Assembly: GCA_963755125.1 (NCBI GenBank)
Contig: CAVWIP010000010.1
Location: 224,001 to 288,000, forward strand
DNA length: 64,000 nucleotides
Direction: 5' to 3'
Origin: an uncultured delta proteobacterium
GTDB lineage: Bacteria; Myxococcota_A; Polyangia; Fen-1088
The notes under the pieces are model-generated. The model was not told where the DNA came from. It saw nothing but the letters and a program-made list of their open reading frames with translations, and did no database searches. Below are positions 1 to 9,135 of the stretch, in pieces; position 1 is the first letter of the stretch, and every line of letters starts with the position of its first letter. Both the position numbers and the translations under genes were made by a program.

Positions 1-168
1 AAACGAGAAGCATAGCCGTCGATAGTTTACGGCCTAGCGGTCATGGTGGATCGCTAGGGACGAATGTGATGTAACGTATGGTCATACATCTTCTCTCCAC
101 AGGTCATAGCCAGTCCAGAAGTGGCCGGATGCAAAGACTAATCTCTTTGAAAACCACAATCTATCAAC

Positions 169-216
169 ACACAATATATAGTGTAGCCAGCTGTAGTACA
201 GCACTATATCTTGTGT
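169..216. promoter_or_regulatory. Tandem NrdR boxes upstream of nrdJ
   Basis: ACACAATATATAGTGT (169-184) matches the NrdR consensus acaCwAtATaTwGtgt at all 16 positions; GCACTATATCTTGTGT (201-216) matches 14/16; starts are 32 bp apart; directly upstream of a ribonucleotide reductase gene. Confidence 0.92.
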
Positions 217-222
217 TTTTTG

Positions 223-254
223 TTGACATGACGGTTGAATGGAGACACTAATCT
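223..254 (+). promoter_or_regulatory. Possible sigma70 promoter of nrdJ
   Basis: Perfect TTGACA at 223-228 just after NrdR box 2; the -10 element is ambiguous (ACTAAT/TAATCT at 247-254). Confidence 0.45.
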
Positions 255-410
255 TCCCGTCCGCCGCACAGGGCTAGCGGGGCCTTCGCAAGCTATGCTG
301 GGTGGTGGTTTCGCAATTATTCTGGTCACCAAGGCAGGAGCAATAACGCAGACAGCCAAACCGTCTCGGCGGCCCTGAAGCGGAGACGACGGCGCGGAGG
401 AGGAGTGCTG

Positions 411-3269
411 ATGCTGGACAAGCAAGATAGCCGACGCCAACGGAACCCTCGGACCAATGGGCTTGAGTTGCCAATCCCGGGCCCCGCGTTCACCAAAGAT
501 GCCCGTGTGAGTCGCGGCAAGATCCGCAAGCAAGCGCCCGGGATACGGATCGAACGATCCTTCACCCGGGCTGGCGACAACGGCTACGCGGGTGTCATCT
601 GGGAGCAGCGTACGGCCAGCATCATCGGCGAAGGCGGCAAGGTGGTGTTCGAGCAGCGCGACGTTGAGGTGCCAAGTGGCTGGAGCCAGACCGCGACCAA
701 CGTGGTGGTGCAAAAATATTTCCGTGGCCAGTTGGGAACACCGGGGCGCGAGCGATCCGTGCGCCAGCTCATCGACCGCGTGGCCGACACCATCACTCGA
801 TGGGGTATGCAAGACGGGTACTTCGCGGACCAGGCTTCGGCTGACAACTACCGCGCCGATCTCAAGCACCTGCTGGTCGAGCAGAAGATGTCCTTCAACT
901 CTCCAGTCTGGTTCAACGTGGGCATCGAGTCAGAGCCGCAGTGCTCGGCCTGCTTCATCAACAGCGTCCAGGACACCATGGAGTCCATCCTGGGCCTGGC
1001 AAAGACCGAAGGCATGCTGTTCAAGTACGGCTCGGGCACTGGAACGAATCTGTCGCCAATCCGCTCGTCGAAAGAGCTCCTCCACGGCGGCGGCACGGCA
1101 TCGGGCCCGGTCAGTTTCATGAAGGGCTTCGATGCATTCGCCGGAGTGATCAAGTCAGGCGGCAAGACGCGGCGAGCGGCCAAAATGGTGATTCTCAACA
1201 TCGATCACCCGGACATCGAGGAGTTCATTCGCTGCAAGGCCAAGGAAGAGAAGAAGGCGTGGACGCTCATCGACGCAGGCTACGACGGCTCGTTCGACGG
1301 CGAGGCCTACAAGTCTGTCTTCTTTCAGAACTCGAACAACTCGGTACGCGTGACCGACGATTTCATGGAGGCCGTGCAAAAGGACCGCGAATGGTCCACG
1401 CGGGCCGTGGTTGGCGGACGGACGGTGACCACCTACAAGGCGCGGGAACTTTGGCGCACCATCGCGCAAGCGACCTGGGAGTGTGGCGACCCAGGCCTGC
1501 AGTTCGACACCACCATCAACGCCTGGCACACTTGCCCGAACACGGCACGCATCAACGCCTCCAACCCCTGCTCCGAGTACATGTTTCTCGACAACTCGGC
1601 GTGCAACCTCGCATCGCTGAACCTGCGCAAGTACTTGCGGCCCGACGGCACCTTCGCGACCGAGGACTTCAAGCGTGCGATCGAGATCACCATCCTGGCG
1701 CAGGAGATCATCGTAGGCAACGCGCGCTACCCGACGCCGGAGATCGAAGCCAATTCGCTGCGCTTCCGGCCGCTGGGCCTGGGCTACGCCAATCTCGGCT
1801 CGCTCATCATGTCGCTCGGCCTGCCCTACGACTCGGCGCCCGCGCGCGCCTGGTGTGGCGCCGTCACGGCGCTGATGACCGGCTGGGCCTACCGAACCAG
1901 CGCGACCATCGCGCGCGACGTGACCGGCCCCTTCCCTGGCTACGCCGAGAACGAGCAGCCCTTCCTGGCGGTGATGAAGAAGCATCGCTACCACGTGGAC
2001 AAGATCGACGCCGCACTTGTGCCAAAGGATCTGACGGCCGCGGCTTGTGAGGCATGGGACGACACGATTCGTCTGGGAACCGAGCACGGCTTCCGCAACG
2101 CCCAGGCCAGCGTGCTGGCGCCCACCGGCACCATCGGCTTCATGATGGATTGTGACACCACCGGCATCGAGCCCGACATCGCGCTCATCAAGTACAAGCG
2201 GCTGGTGGGCGGCGGAACCATCAAGATCGTCAACAACACGGTCGACGAGGCGCTGCAGCACCTTGGCTACGACGAAAGCCAGCGCAAGGCCATCGCCGAC
2301 TACGTGGACCGCGAAGAGACCATCGAGGGCGCGCCCGGCTTGGACTGCGACCACCTCCCGGTCTTCGATTGCGCCTTCCGCGCGGCCAATGGCACGCGCT
2401 CCATCAGCGCCATGGGTCACATCCGCATGATGGCGGCTGCCCAGCCCTTCATTTCGGGGGCCATTTCCAAGACGGTGAACCAGCCCGCGGACGCAACCGT
2501 GGAGGAACTCGAAACGGCATACCTGGAGGCGTGGAAGGCCGGGCTGAAGGCCATCGCCCTGTACCGCGAGGGCTGCAAGCGCACGCAGCCGGTCACCACC
2601 AGCAAGACCGATCCGGGCGCACAGCAGGCGACGGCACAACTCGCGGGGCCGCCCAACATCATCCGGCGCAAGCTGCCCGATGAAAGGCGATCGGTGACGC
2701 ACAAGTTCTCGGTGGCGGGACACGAGGGCTATATCCACGTTGGCCTCTACGAAAACGGCGAGCCTGGCGAGATCTTCGTGCGCATGGCCAAGGAAGGCTC
2801 GACCATCTCGGGCCTGATGGACAGCTTCGCCACGGCCATCTCGCTGGCTCTGCAGTACGGCGTGCCCCTCAAGCTCTTCGTGGACAAGTTTTCGCGCACG
2901 CGCTTCGAGCCTTCGGGCTTCACGGGAAATCCAGCGCTGCCCCGCGCCTCGTCGATCATGGACTACCTGTTCCGTTGGCTCGGTTCGAAGTTCGTGCGAG
3001 ACGAGTTCGCCGAGAGCCCGGTGGAAAGCCGGCCAGCGAGCGAGTCGCCTGCCTCTGCCGAACCGACCGGAGGGCCAGAGGCTGCACCTGCCGCTCCCAC
3101 CGAAGGCCACAACGGCCATAACGGCAAGAATGGCAACGGCCACGGCGAGATGTACAGCTTTCTGGTGCGTAGCGATGCGCCCACCTGTCCCGAGTGCGGC
3201 TCGATCACGGTGCCCAACGGAAGTTGCCACAAGTGTATCAACTGCGGCACCACCACCGGCTGCTCGTAG
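411..3269 (+). CDS. nrdJ: Vitamin B12-dependent (class II) ribonucleotide reductase with TSCPD domain and C-terminal Cys motifs
   Basis: FNSPVWFN, QCSACFI, SNPCSEY, APTGTI and GAISKTVN motifs; C-terminal CPECG...CINCGTTTGCS; GGAGGAGG RBS before ATG 411. Confidence 0.96.
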   Translation: MLDKQDSRRQRNPRTNGLELPIPGPAFTKDARVSRGKIRKQAPGIRIERSFTRAGDNGYAGVIWEQRTASIIGEGGKVVFEQRDVEVPSGWSQTATNVVVQKYFRGQLGTPGRERSVRQLIDRVADTITRWGMQDGYFADQASADNYRADLKHLLVEQKMSFNSPVWFNVGIESEPQCSACFINSVQDTMESILGLAKTEGMLFKYGSGTGTNLSPIRSSKELLHGGGTASGPVSFMKGFDAFAGVIKSGGKTRRAAKMVILNIDHPDIEEFIRCKAKEEKKAWTLIDAGYDGSFDGEAYKSVFFQNSNNSVRVTDDFMEAVQKDREWSTRAVVGGRTVTTYKARELWRTIAQATWECGDPGLQFDTTINAWHTCPNTARINASNPCSEYMFLDNSACNLASLNLRKYLRPDGTFATEDFKRAIEITILAQEIIVGNARYPTPEIEANSLRFRPLGLGYANLGSLIMSLGLPYDSAPARAWCGAVTALMTGWAYRTSATIARDVTGPFPGYAENEQPFLAVMKKHRYHVDKIDAALVPKDLTAAACEAWDDTIRLGTEHGFRNAQASVLAPTGTIGFMMDCDTTGIEPDIALIKYKRLVGGGTIKIVNNTVDEALQHLGYDESQRKAIADYVDREETIEGAPGLDCDHLPVFDCAFRAANGTRSISAMGHIRMMAAAQPFISGAISKTVNQPADATVEELETAYLEAWKAGLKAIALYREGCKRTQPVTTSKTDPGAQQATAQLAGPPNIIRRKLPDERRSVTHKFSVAGHEGYIHVGLYENGEPGEIFVRMAKEGSTISGLMDSFATAISLALQYGVPLKLFVDKFSRTRFEPSGFTGNPALPRASSIMDYLFRWLGSKFVRDEFAESPVESRPASESPASAEPTGGPEAAPAAPTEGHNGHNGKNGNGHGEMYSFLVRSDAPTCPECGSITVPNGSCHKCINCGTTTGCS

Positions 3270-3409
3270 AAGGGCCATGCCTCAGAGCGCGGACGTGACG
3301 ACAGCCGACGATCCGTGGCTCGACGAAACTTAGCGAGGGTCCGGAGCGTCACCTCCTGAGTGGTAGAGGGAGGAATAGACTTTCGAGTTGTGCGTGACAA
3401 CCTTGGTTC

Positions 3410-4060
3410 ATGCAACGCAAGAGCCTTGCCGTGGGGCCGGTTGGGTGCAACTGCTCGGTGGTGGTCTGTCCGGTCACACGTGAGGCGCTGATCGTCGATC
3501 CGGGCGGCGATGCGGCGAAAATCCTGACTCTGCTGACAAAGCTGGACGCGCAGGCGGTCGGGATCGTTCACACCCACGGCCACTTCGATCACATCCTCGG
3601 CACGCGCGACGTGGCGGCGGCGACCGGCGCCCCGGTGTCCATCCACGGCGGCGACCTGGACCTGTATCGAGGGTTGGTGCGCCAAGCGCGCTATTTCGAT
3701 CTGCTCGCCGAGGAGCCGCCCGAGCCCGCTCAGATTCTTGCCGGAGGCGAGACGGTGAATTTCGGTCAACTTCGGGCTCGCGTGCTGCACACACCGGGGC
3801 ACACGCCCGGGTCGGTGAGCCTGTTCATCGAGCCCGCCGACGGTGCGCCTCTCTTGCTCGCGGGCGACACTCTGTTTGCCGGTGGCATCGGCCGCACCGA
3901 TTTCCCCGGAGGTTCCTCGCAGCAGATTCTGCGCTCCATCCATGACAAGCTGTTTGCGCTACCCGACGAAACCGTGGTGGTTCCCGGCCACGGCCCCGAA
4001 ACCACCGTCGGCGAGGAACGCGAGCACAACCCTTACGTCGGGCGTCGCTCCGGTAGCTGA
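3410..4060 (+). CDS. MBL-fold metallo-hydrolase (glyoxalase II-like)
   Basis: HTHGHFDH, TPGHTPGS, GDTLF, GRTDFPGG, PGHG motifs. Confidence 0.92.
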   Translation: MQRKSLAVGPVGCNCSVVVCPVTREALIVDPGGDAAKILTLLTKLDAQAVGIVHTHGHFDHILGTRDVAAATGAPVSIHGGDLDLYRGLVRQARYFDLLAEEPPEPAQILAGGETVNFGQLRARVLHTPGHTPGSVSLFIEPADGAPLLLAGDTLFAGGIGRTDFPGGSSQQILRSIHDKLFALPDETVVVPGHGPETTVGEEREHNPYVGRRSGS

Positions 4061-4097
4061 CCGTCTTCCTTCCAAGGTTCTTGTCTCCCGCGTTCTC

Positions 4098-4880
4098 CTA
4101 GTGCTGCACGAGACTCAGCACGATCTCGAAGACGATGAGCAACACGATGGCCGCTTCCAGCAAGACCAGGCGGCGGTCACGCGCCACATCGGTGATGAGC
4201 TCCAGCGCGTCCTGCACGCTGCGCAGTTTTAGCTCAAGGGCCTGGTAGCGATCGACCAGGTCGAACTCCGCACGCAGTTCCCCATAGATATGGTCCGCGC
4301 CAGGGTCGTCCCAGATGGATTCGGGCTTGTCGAGCAGGTGCAGGATCGAGAGCACCTCGTTGCGCGTGCCCAGGGCGGCACCGATGAACTTGTGCAGGTG
4401 CCGGGTCCGCAGCGGCACCGAACCCAGCTTCTCCAGGCGGTCAACCAGCTTGTCCGTGCCGCTGAACATCTGGTCGACGATGCGCTCGTAGTAGTCCATG
4501 GCCGCACTTTGAGCCACGGTGAGCGCCACCACGCTGGCACGCTCGAAGGTCAACCGATCGAGTGTCAACACACCGTTGACCATGTCGGGCCGCGCGCCGG
4601 GATCCTCGCGCACGGTGAATTGCTCGTCCATCACCTGAGTCGCGGTCAGGTCTGGTCGAATGCGGTGCAAGCGAGCCAATTCGATCTCCCGCACTTCGGG
4701 ATCGACGTCGTAGAAGACCAGCGCGCCGAACGGATAGATGAAGACCGTGCCGCCGGAGGCAGGCGAAAACCACAACTCCCGCGGTGTGCGCTTGGCCTCG
4801 GGATAGTGGGCCGCCATCTCCTTGAGCGGAAAGTTTTCGACGAAGGCGGTGGCGAAGAAGGTGTGGACCGGACTGCTCAT
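4098..4880 (-). CDS. RMD1/DUF155 family protein
   Basis: FIYPFGALVFY, VAQSAAMDYYE, PESIWDDP and C-terminal LEAAIVLLIVFEI membrane helix; AGGAGG RBS favours ATG at 4880. Confidence 0.85.
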   Translation of the reverse strand: MSSPVHTFFATAFVENFPLKEMAAHYPEAKRTPRELWFSPASGGTVFIYPFGALVFYDVDPEVREIELARLHRIRPDLTATQVMDEQFTVREDPGARPDMVNGVLTLDRLTFERASVVALTVAQSAAMDYYERIVDQMFSGTDKLVDRLEKLGSVPLRTRHLHKFIGAALGTRNEVLSILHLLDKPESIWDDPGADHIYGELRAEFDLVDRYQALELKLRSVQDALELITDVARDRRLVLLEAAIVLLIVFEIVLSLVQH

Positions 4881-5074
4881 GCGCGCGAAGACTCCCTCCT
4901 GCACCACAAGGGTACTTCAACTCCGTATGATCGATGGCAGAGAAGTCCGTTGGATTTCGATCGGATCGATGAACATAAACCAGATTTGGCGTCTGACCAT
5001 TGCTTCCGCGCTGCGATGGGATTATGACGGCAGTCGTTGTTCTCCCCAACCCCTGCGACGCGGAGGGCTATGAG

Positions 5075-5521
5075 ATGACGGCGACCCACATTCTGTTCGC
5101 GATTGGAACCTGTCTCGGCCTCGGAGCTTGTGCCTCGGCTACCTCTGTCCCGCGGGACACGGACAATGGCCCGCGTCCCCGGATCGTGCGGGATGACACC
5201 CAGATGGTCATTGACACCGGCGGCGTCCCGCCGGACAAGGAGGCGGAGATCCAGCTGCTCTTGCAGGAGCGCGACTCCTCGGCGCGCCGGTGCTACCAGG
5301 ACGTGCTCAACGAGAAGCACACCCGGGAGTTCAAGGGAAACGTGAAAGTTGTCATCACCATAGACACCTCGGGACATGGCAAACCGCGCGTGGCAGGCAG
5401 TACGCTGGGCAGCAAGGAAGTTGAGGACTGCCTGGTTGGGGTATTGCGGGATTTCGAGTATCCCAAGCTCGATAAGGGCGGCGATGTGCAGTACGAGTTC
5501 AAGTTCGAGCCGCAGTACTAG
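5075..5521 (+). CDS. Lipoprotein with AgmX/PglI C-terminal (TonB-C-like) domain
   Basis: Lipobox LGAC; RRCYQ..L, GNVKVVITI, STLGSKEVEDCLV, VQYEFKF pattern; GGAGG RBS. Confidence 0.75.
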   Translation: MTATHILFAIGTCLGLGACASATSVPRDTDNGPRPRIVRDDTQMVIDTGGVPPDKEAEIQLLLQERDSSARRCYQDVLNEKHTREFKGNVKVVITIDTSGHGKPRVAGSTLGSKEVEDCLVGVLRDFEYPKLDKGGDVQYEFKFEPQY

Positions 5522-5796
5522 ACGCTGACTCGTCGTCTCTGCCGTCGGCACAGGTAGGCGTCCGCGCCTGCGTTCGCGCCACGTAGGCGGGGTAGCTTTG
5601 TGCATTCTGGCATGAATCGGCACGTCGGAGAGCCAAGAAAATAGGGACCGAATGCAAAAGGTTTGAGCACTGCTCTTCGATCGGCCCCCTAACGTTTAGT
5701 TGTTCCTTCGGCCACGCCAGTGAAACCGATACTACAGGTTTGGTCTGAAACGCCGATGTTCTCCCAACAAAGTAAATGTATAATGGCTCACTAAGC

Positions 5797-6582
5797 ATGC
5801 AAGGTCATACGCCCAAGGTCGCTTGTGTCCTGTGCGTGTTGGTTTTCAGCTGCGCGTCCGCGCCAGAAACCCGAGATCCGCGCTTGGCGGACAAGTCGCG
5901 CTCTCGACAAAAGACTTCGGCGCGCGCCGGGGTCGCCGGTGACGACCAGGGTATGGACATGCAAATGTCCATCGGCGTGCTCGACGAGCGCGCGGTGGAC
6001 AGGGCGATGGAGCCCCACGTACCCGCCATGGTTGACTGCTTCGAGCGTGCCGGAGACGCACGCAGGTACCTATCGGGCCAAGTCGTTCTCCGCTTCGTAG
6101 TCGAGGCCAGCGGATCGGTGTCGGACATTCACGTCATCAAGAACGAACTGGGCAACTATCCTGTCGAGCGCTGTCTCATCGACGCTGGCAGGCGCATCGT
6201 GTTCCCGCGACCCGAAGGCAACCGCCGAACTGATTTCGAGTATTCCCTGCGTTTCCGGTCGACCGGCGAGATGCGCGTCCTGAATTGGAATGGCGACGAC
6301 GTGGCCAATCGCGTGGCCTCGACCAACGATTTCTCCAGTTGCGGAACCTTGGGACCACAGCGCGTGGAAGCGATTGCCTACGTCGAGCCGGCTGGCACCA
6401 TCGGCTCGGTGGGCTTCGTCTCGCAGGGGCCCATCAATCCCGACGCCGCTTCCTGTGCCGAGGAACAGATGTACAAGCTGCGGATCGCCGACGGCCGCCC
6501 CAATGTGGTGCTGCGTACAGTGTTTCCGCTGGTCATCGCCTCCCAGCGCCCCGGCAAGGGCAAGCGTTCCCGGCACCATTGA
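5797..6582 (+). CDS. Lipoprotein with two AgmX/PglI-C (TonB-C-like) domains
   Basis: Lipobox VFSC; GQVVLRFVVEASGSV, VERCL, FPRPEG motifs; TATAAT at 5779-5784; start 5797 or 5776. Confidence 0.7.
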   Translation: MQGHTPKVACVLCVLVFSCASAPETRDPRLADKSRSRQKTSARAGVAGDDQGMDMQMSIGVLDERAVDRAMEPHVPAMVDCFERAGDARRYLSGQVVLRFVVEASGSVSDIHVIKNELGNYPVERCLIDAGRRIVFPRPEGNRRTDFEYSLRFRSTGEMRVLNWNGDDVANRVASTNDFSSCGTLGPQRVEAIAYVEPAGTIGSVGFVSQGPINPDAASCAEEQMYKLRIADGRPNVVLRTVFPLVIASQRPGKGKRSRHH

Positions 6583-6607
6583 TCGTGGAAGGCGGTCGGC
6601 AATCTGG

Positions 6608-8071
6608 TCAGTGAGGGTGGCCGACCACGCCACGAGCCAGGTTGGTGACCACGGCGAGAAGGCGCTGCAACTCCTCCGCCGTCGTGCTCGCGCGTAGAGA
6701 CACGGTCTTCTCTTCCCGGGATAGCTCGGCCCGATCGACCAGGGGGGAAAACCCGGTCAGAAGCAGCACGGGACTCAGCATGATCTGGCGTTTCCACGAC
6801 GAGAAATTGCGCTCCCACGCCCGCGCTTCCGGCTCGGTTTCAAACTCGGCCACCAGTTCCAAGTAGGGTGCTGGATCGATGCCGGCCACCAGGGTCAGCA
6901 CCTGCGGCGTTGCTCCGTATGGCCCCATCTCGCGCACGTCGTCGACCACACCACGTGTTCCGGGGACGACCGGCGACGGCCCCGGCAAGACAATCAGGTT
7001 GACTGCCGTGATCATGAAGACCGCATCATCAGGCAAGGCGCTGTCCTCGGCGTCGATCCGAGCAACCAGCTCGCGCCAGGTGATGCGCGCGCGACTCTTG
7101 CCGGTGGGCAAGGGACTGGCGTCGGCCGGGCCACCATCAACGATCCCCGCATCGATGGCGGCCGCGCGGTCGCCGGCAGGTTTGCGCGCGGGCCGCCCCA
7201 GGAGCCGTTCGGCGTAGGCCGGGGGCGCCATCACGGCCAGGGATGGTTGGGGCAGCACAAAGATGCGGTCATCCAGGTTGAGATCGGAAGTCTCGCCACG
7301 AGATGCCGCGCGCGGCCTGCGCACGCCCACGGGCCGGCCGTCCTCCGCGCGCCATTGGATTGTCTGGCCAGTGGCAGCGGCACCGCGATCGAGCGCGGCC
7401 TGCAGGCTGGCGTCCCTCAGGTGGTGCCGGGCAGCGAGGAAGGTGACCTTGTCATTGCGCGGCTCTGGAGTGGCGATGAGCAAGGCATCGAAGTCGCGAT
7501 AGAGATCGAGACCGGTGCCTTCGAGCAGCCGCCGTCGATCAGGCAGCAGCACAAGAAGTTGGTCGATGGCTTCCACATAGCTCGACCTGGAGGCCGAAGC
7601 GCGCACGCGATCCAGACGCAGCAACGCCGTGAGGCGCGAGCCTTCGGGTCCGTAGTTGCGCAAGTCACCGGGCCGCCGACGGCCGCCGTCTGCTTCCTCA
7701 CCTGCATCGTGCGCGGCCAGACCGGCCTGGGCAGAGGCGTCGGCAGTACCGCCATCCGGCGCGAGGACGACCGCCGCACCCACGCGCGCCGCCCGCATCC
7801 GCGCAGCCCTGGGCCGACGCACGGGGCGCGCTGCGCCTTCGTCCTCGGACTTCGATCTAGTGGAGCGGCCGCCGTCCAGGGGCAGCTCTTTGACATCTAT
7901 GGCGATGGTGGCCAAGCGAACCGGTGGCACCAGCGTGAACCCGCGCCAGGCAGCGATCGCCACCGCGCTGACCGCCACGGCGGCGTGCACGGCCAGGGAC
8001 AGGCTGAAGGCAAGTAGTGTCCGGCGCATCCCTGTGAGTAAATGGACCGGCGGCGACGGCGGATCATTCAC
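6608..8071 (-). CDS. Hypothetical membrane-anchored protein
   Basis: Long ORF with N-terminal hydrophobic helix (SLAVH), DAG linkers and a globular remainder; overlaps the stop of the upstream gene. Confidence 0.7.
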   Translation of the reverse strand: MNDPPSPPVHLLTGMRRTLLAFSLSLAVHAAVAVSAVAIAAWRGFTLVPPVRLATIAIDVKELPLDGGRSTRSKSEDEGAARPVRRPRAARMRAARVGAAVVLAPDGGTADASAQAGLAAHDAGEEADGGRRRPGDLRNYGPEGSRLTALLRLDRVRASASRSSYVEAIDQLLVLLPDRRRLLEGTGLDLYRDFDALLIATPEPRNDKVTFLAARHHLRDASLQAALDRGAAATGQTIQWRAEDGRPVGVRRPRAASRGETSDLNLDDRIFVLPQPSLAVMAPPAYAERLLGRPARKPAGDRAAAIDAGIVDGGPADASPLPTGKSRARITWRELVARIDAEDSALPDDAVFMITAVNLIVLPGPSPVVPGTRGVVDDVREMGPYGATPQVLTLVAGIDPAPYLELVAEFETEPEARAWERNFSSWKRQIMLSPVLLLTGFSPLVDRAELSREEKTVSLRASTTAEELQRLLAVVTNLARGVVGHPH

Positions 8072-8630
8072 GCGGTTCGCCTGGCACGGCCAGCCGTCGT
8101 GCCGCGCGCACGGCCGTCACCGTCAACGGCGGAGCCGACCCGATGGTGAGCAGCGCACCTTCGCGCGGGCGAACCTGCGAAATGCCGGTCAGCTCCGCCG
8201 CCAAAAACAGGGCAGCCAGTCGTGCCTCGGTTTCCTGGTGTCGGGTGGCATCCAGGGATACCACCACCCCCGCCGGTCGCAGCGTCGGAAGCAAGCCCAC
8301 CAGGAGGTCTTCGGCCGCGGCCTGGTCTTCCACGTCCATCAGGTTCTCGATGAGGATGGCGCCGACCACCCCGCGTCCCAGCGGCAGGTCTTCCGCCGCT
8401 GATACGACCAGCAACGGACGTGCCGACTTGCTGGCCCGCCTCACCGCACGCAAGGCCCCCGACCTCTTGTCTTCTTCGACGAGTGCGAGCACTGGGTAGC
8501 TGCTAGCCAGCGCCTCGGCAAGCCAGAGCGCGCTTAGCACGACGATGGGCTGGCGTTCCTGCAGCAAGCGACCGATGCGGTCGAGGGTAGCCCCGCTACC
8601 CAGGGGACCGGAAAGAAGAGGTCCTCGCAT
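8064..8630 (-). CDS. Hypothetical protein, possibly degenerate SAM-methyltransferase fold
   Basis: AEDLPL and LRPAG resemble class I methyltransferase motifs, but there is no GxGxG motif I. Confidence 0.6.
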   Translation of the reverse strand: MRGPLLSGPLGSGATLDRIGRLLQERQPIVVLSALWLAEALASSYPVLALVEEDKRSGALRAVRRASKSARPLLVVSAAEDLPLGRGVVGAILIENLMDVEDQAAAEDLLVGLLPTLRPAGVVVSLDATRHQETEARLAALFLAAELTGISQVRPREGALLTIGSAPPLTVTAVRAARRLAVPGEPRE

Positions 8631-8694
8631 GGCCGAATACTATAGGGGGGCGCGCGAGGTCACGGCAAGCCGCGGGTGTCCACGCCTGCCGGCC

Positions 8695-8946
<252 letters not shown>

Positions 8947-9010
8947 GACAGCGAGTCTATGGCGAAGCGCCGAAGTTCGCCAGAGACCTGTACCTCTGGG
9001 TCGACCCTCT

Positions 9011-9038
9011 TCGACGGCGGAACACCCACATGTATAAT
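9011..9038 (+). promoter_or_regulatory. Possible distal sigma70 promoter for Cys-rich gene 1
   Basis: TCGACG-N16-TATAAT. Confidence 0.45.
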
Positions 9039-9074
9039 ACGGTATGTCGAGCAATGTAGCTCACAATTCATTCC

Positions 9075-9104
9075 TTGCAAAACCATACCGATGGCGAGTA
9101 CGCT
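9075..9104 (+). promoter_or_regulatory. Putative sigma70-type promoter of Cys-rich gene 1
   Basis: TTGCAA-N18-TACGCT; same elements and spacing recur before paralog 3. Confidence 0.6.
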
Positions 9105-9135
9105 TGAGTGAGGAACAAGTTGCGAGGACACACAC

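Noticed and set aside
250..410. Cobalamin riboswitch before nrdJ
   Set aside because: No recognisable B12 box or GGGAA...CCCGC core
411..3269. Intein or intron in nrdJ
   Set aside because: Continuous ORF of normal length with no splice-junction or endonuclease motifs
1155..3278. 707-aa antisense ORF over nrdJ and the many similar shadow ORFs throughout the window
   Set aside because: They mirror GC3-rich real genes; no motifs, and composition is not protein-like
5608..5622. Sigma54 promoter TGGCATGAATCGGCA
   Set aside because: GG-to-GC spacing is one base short
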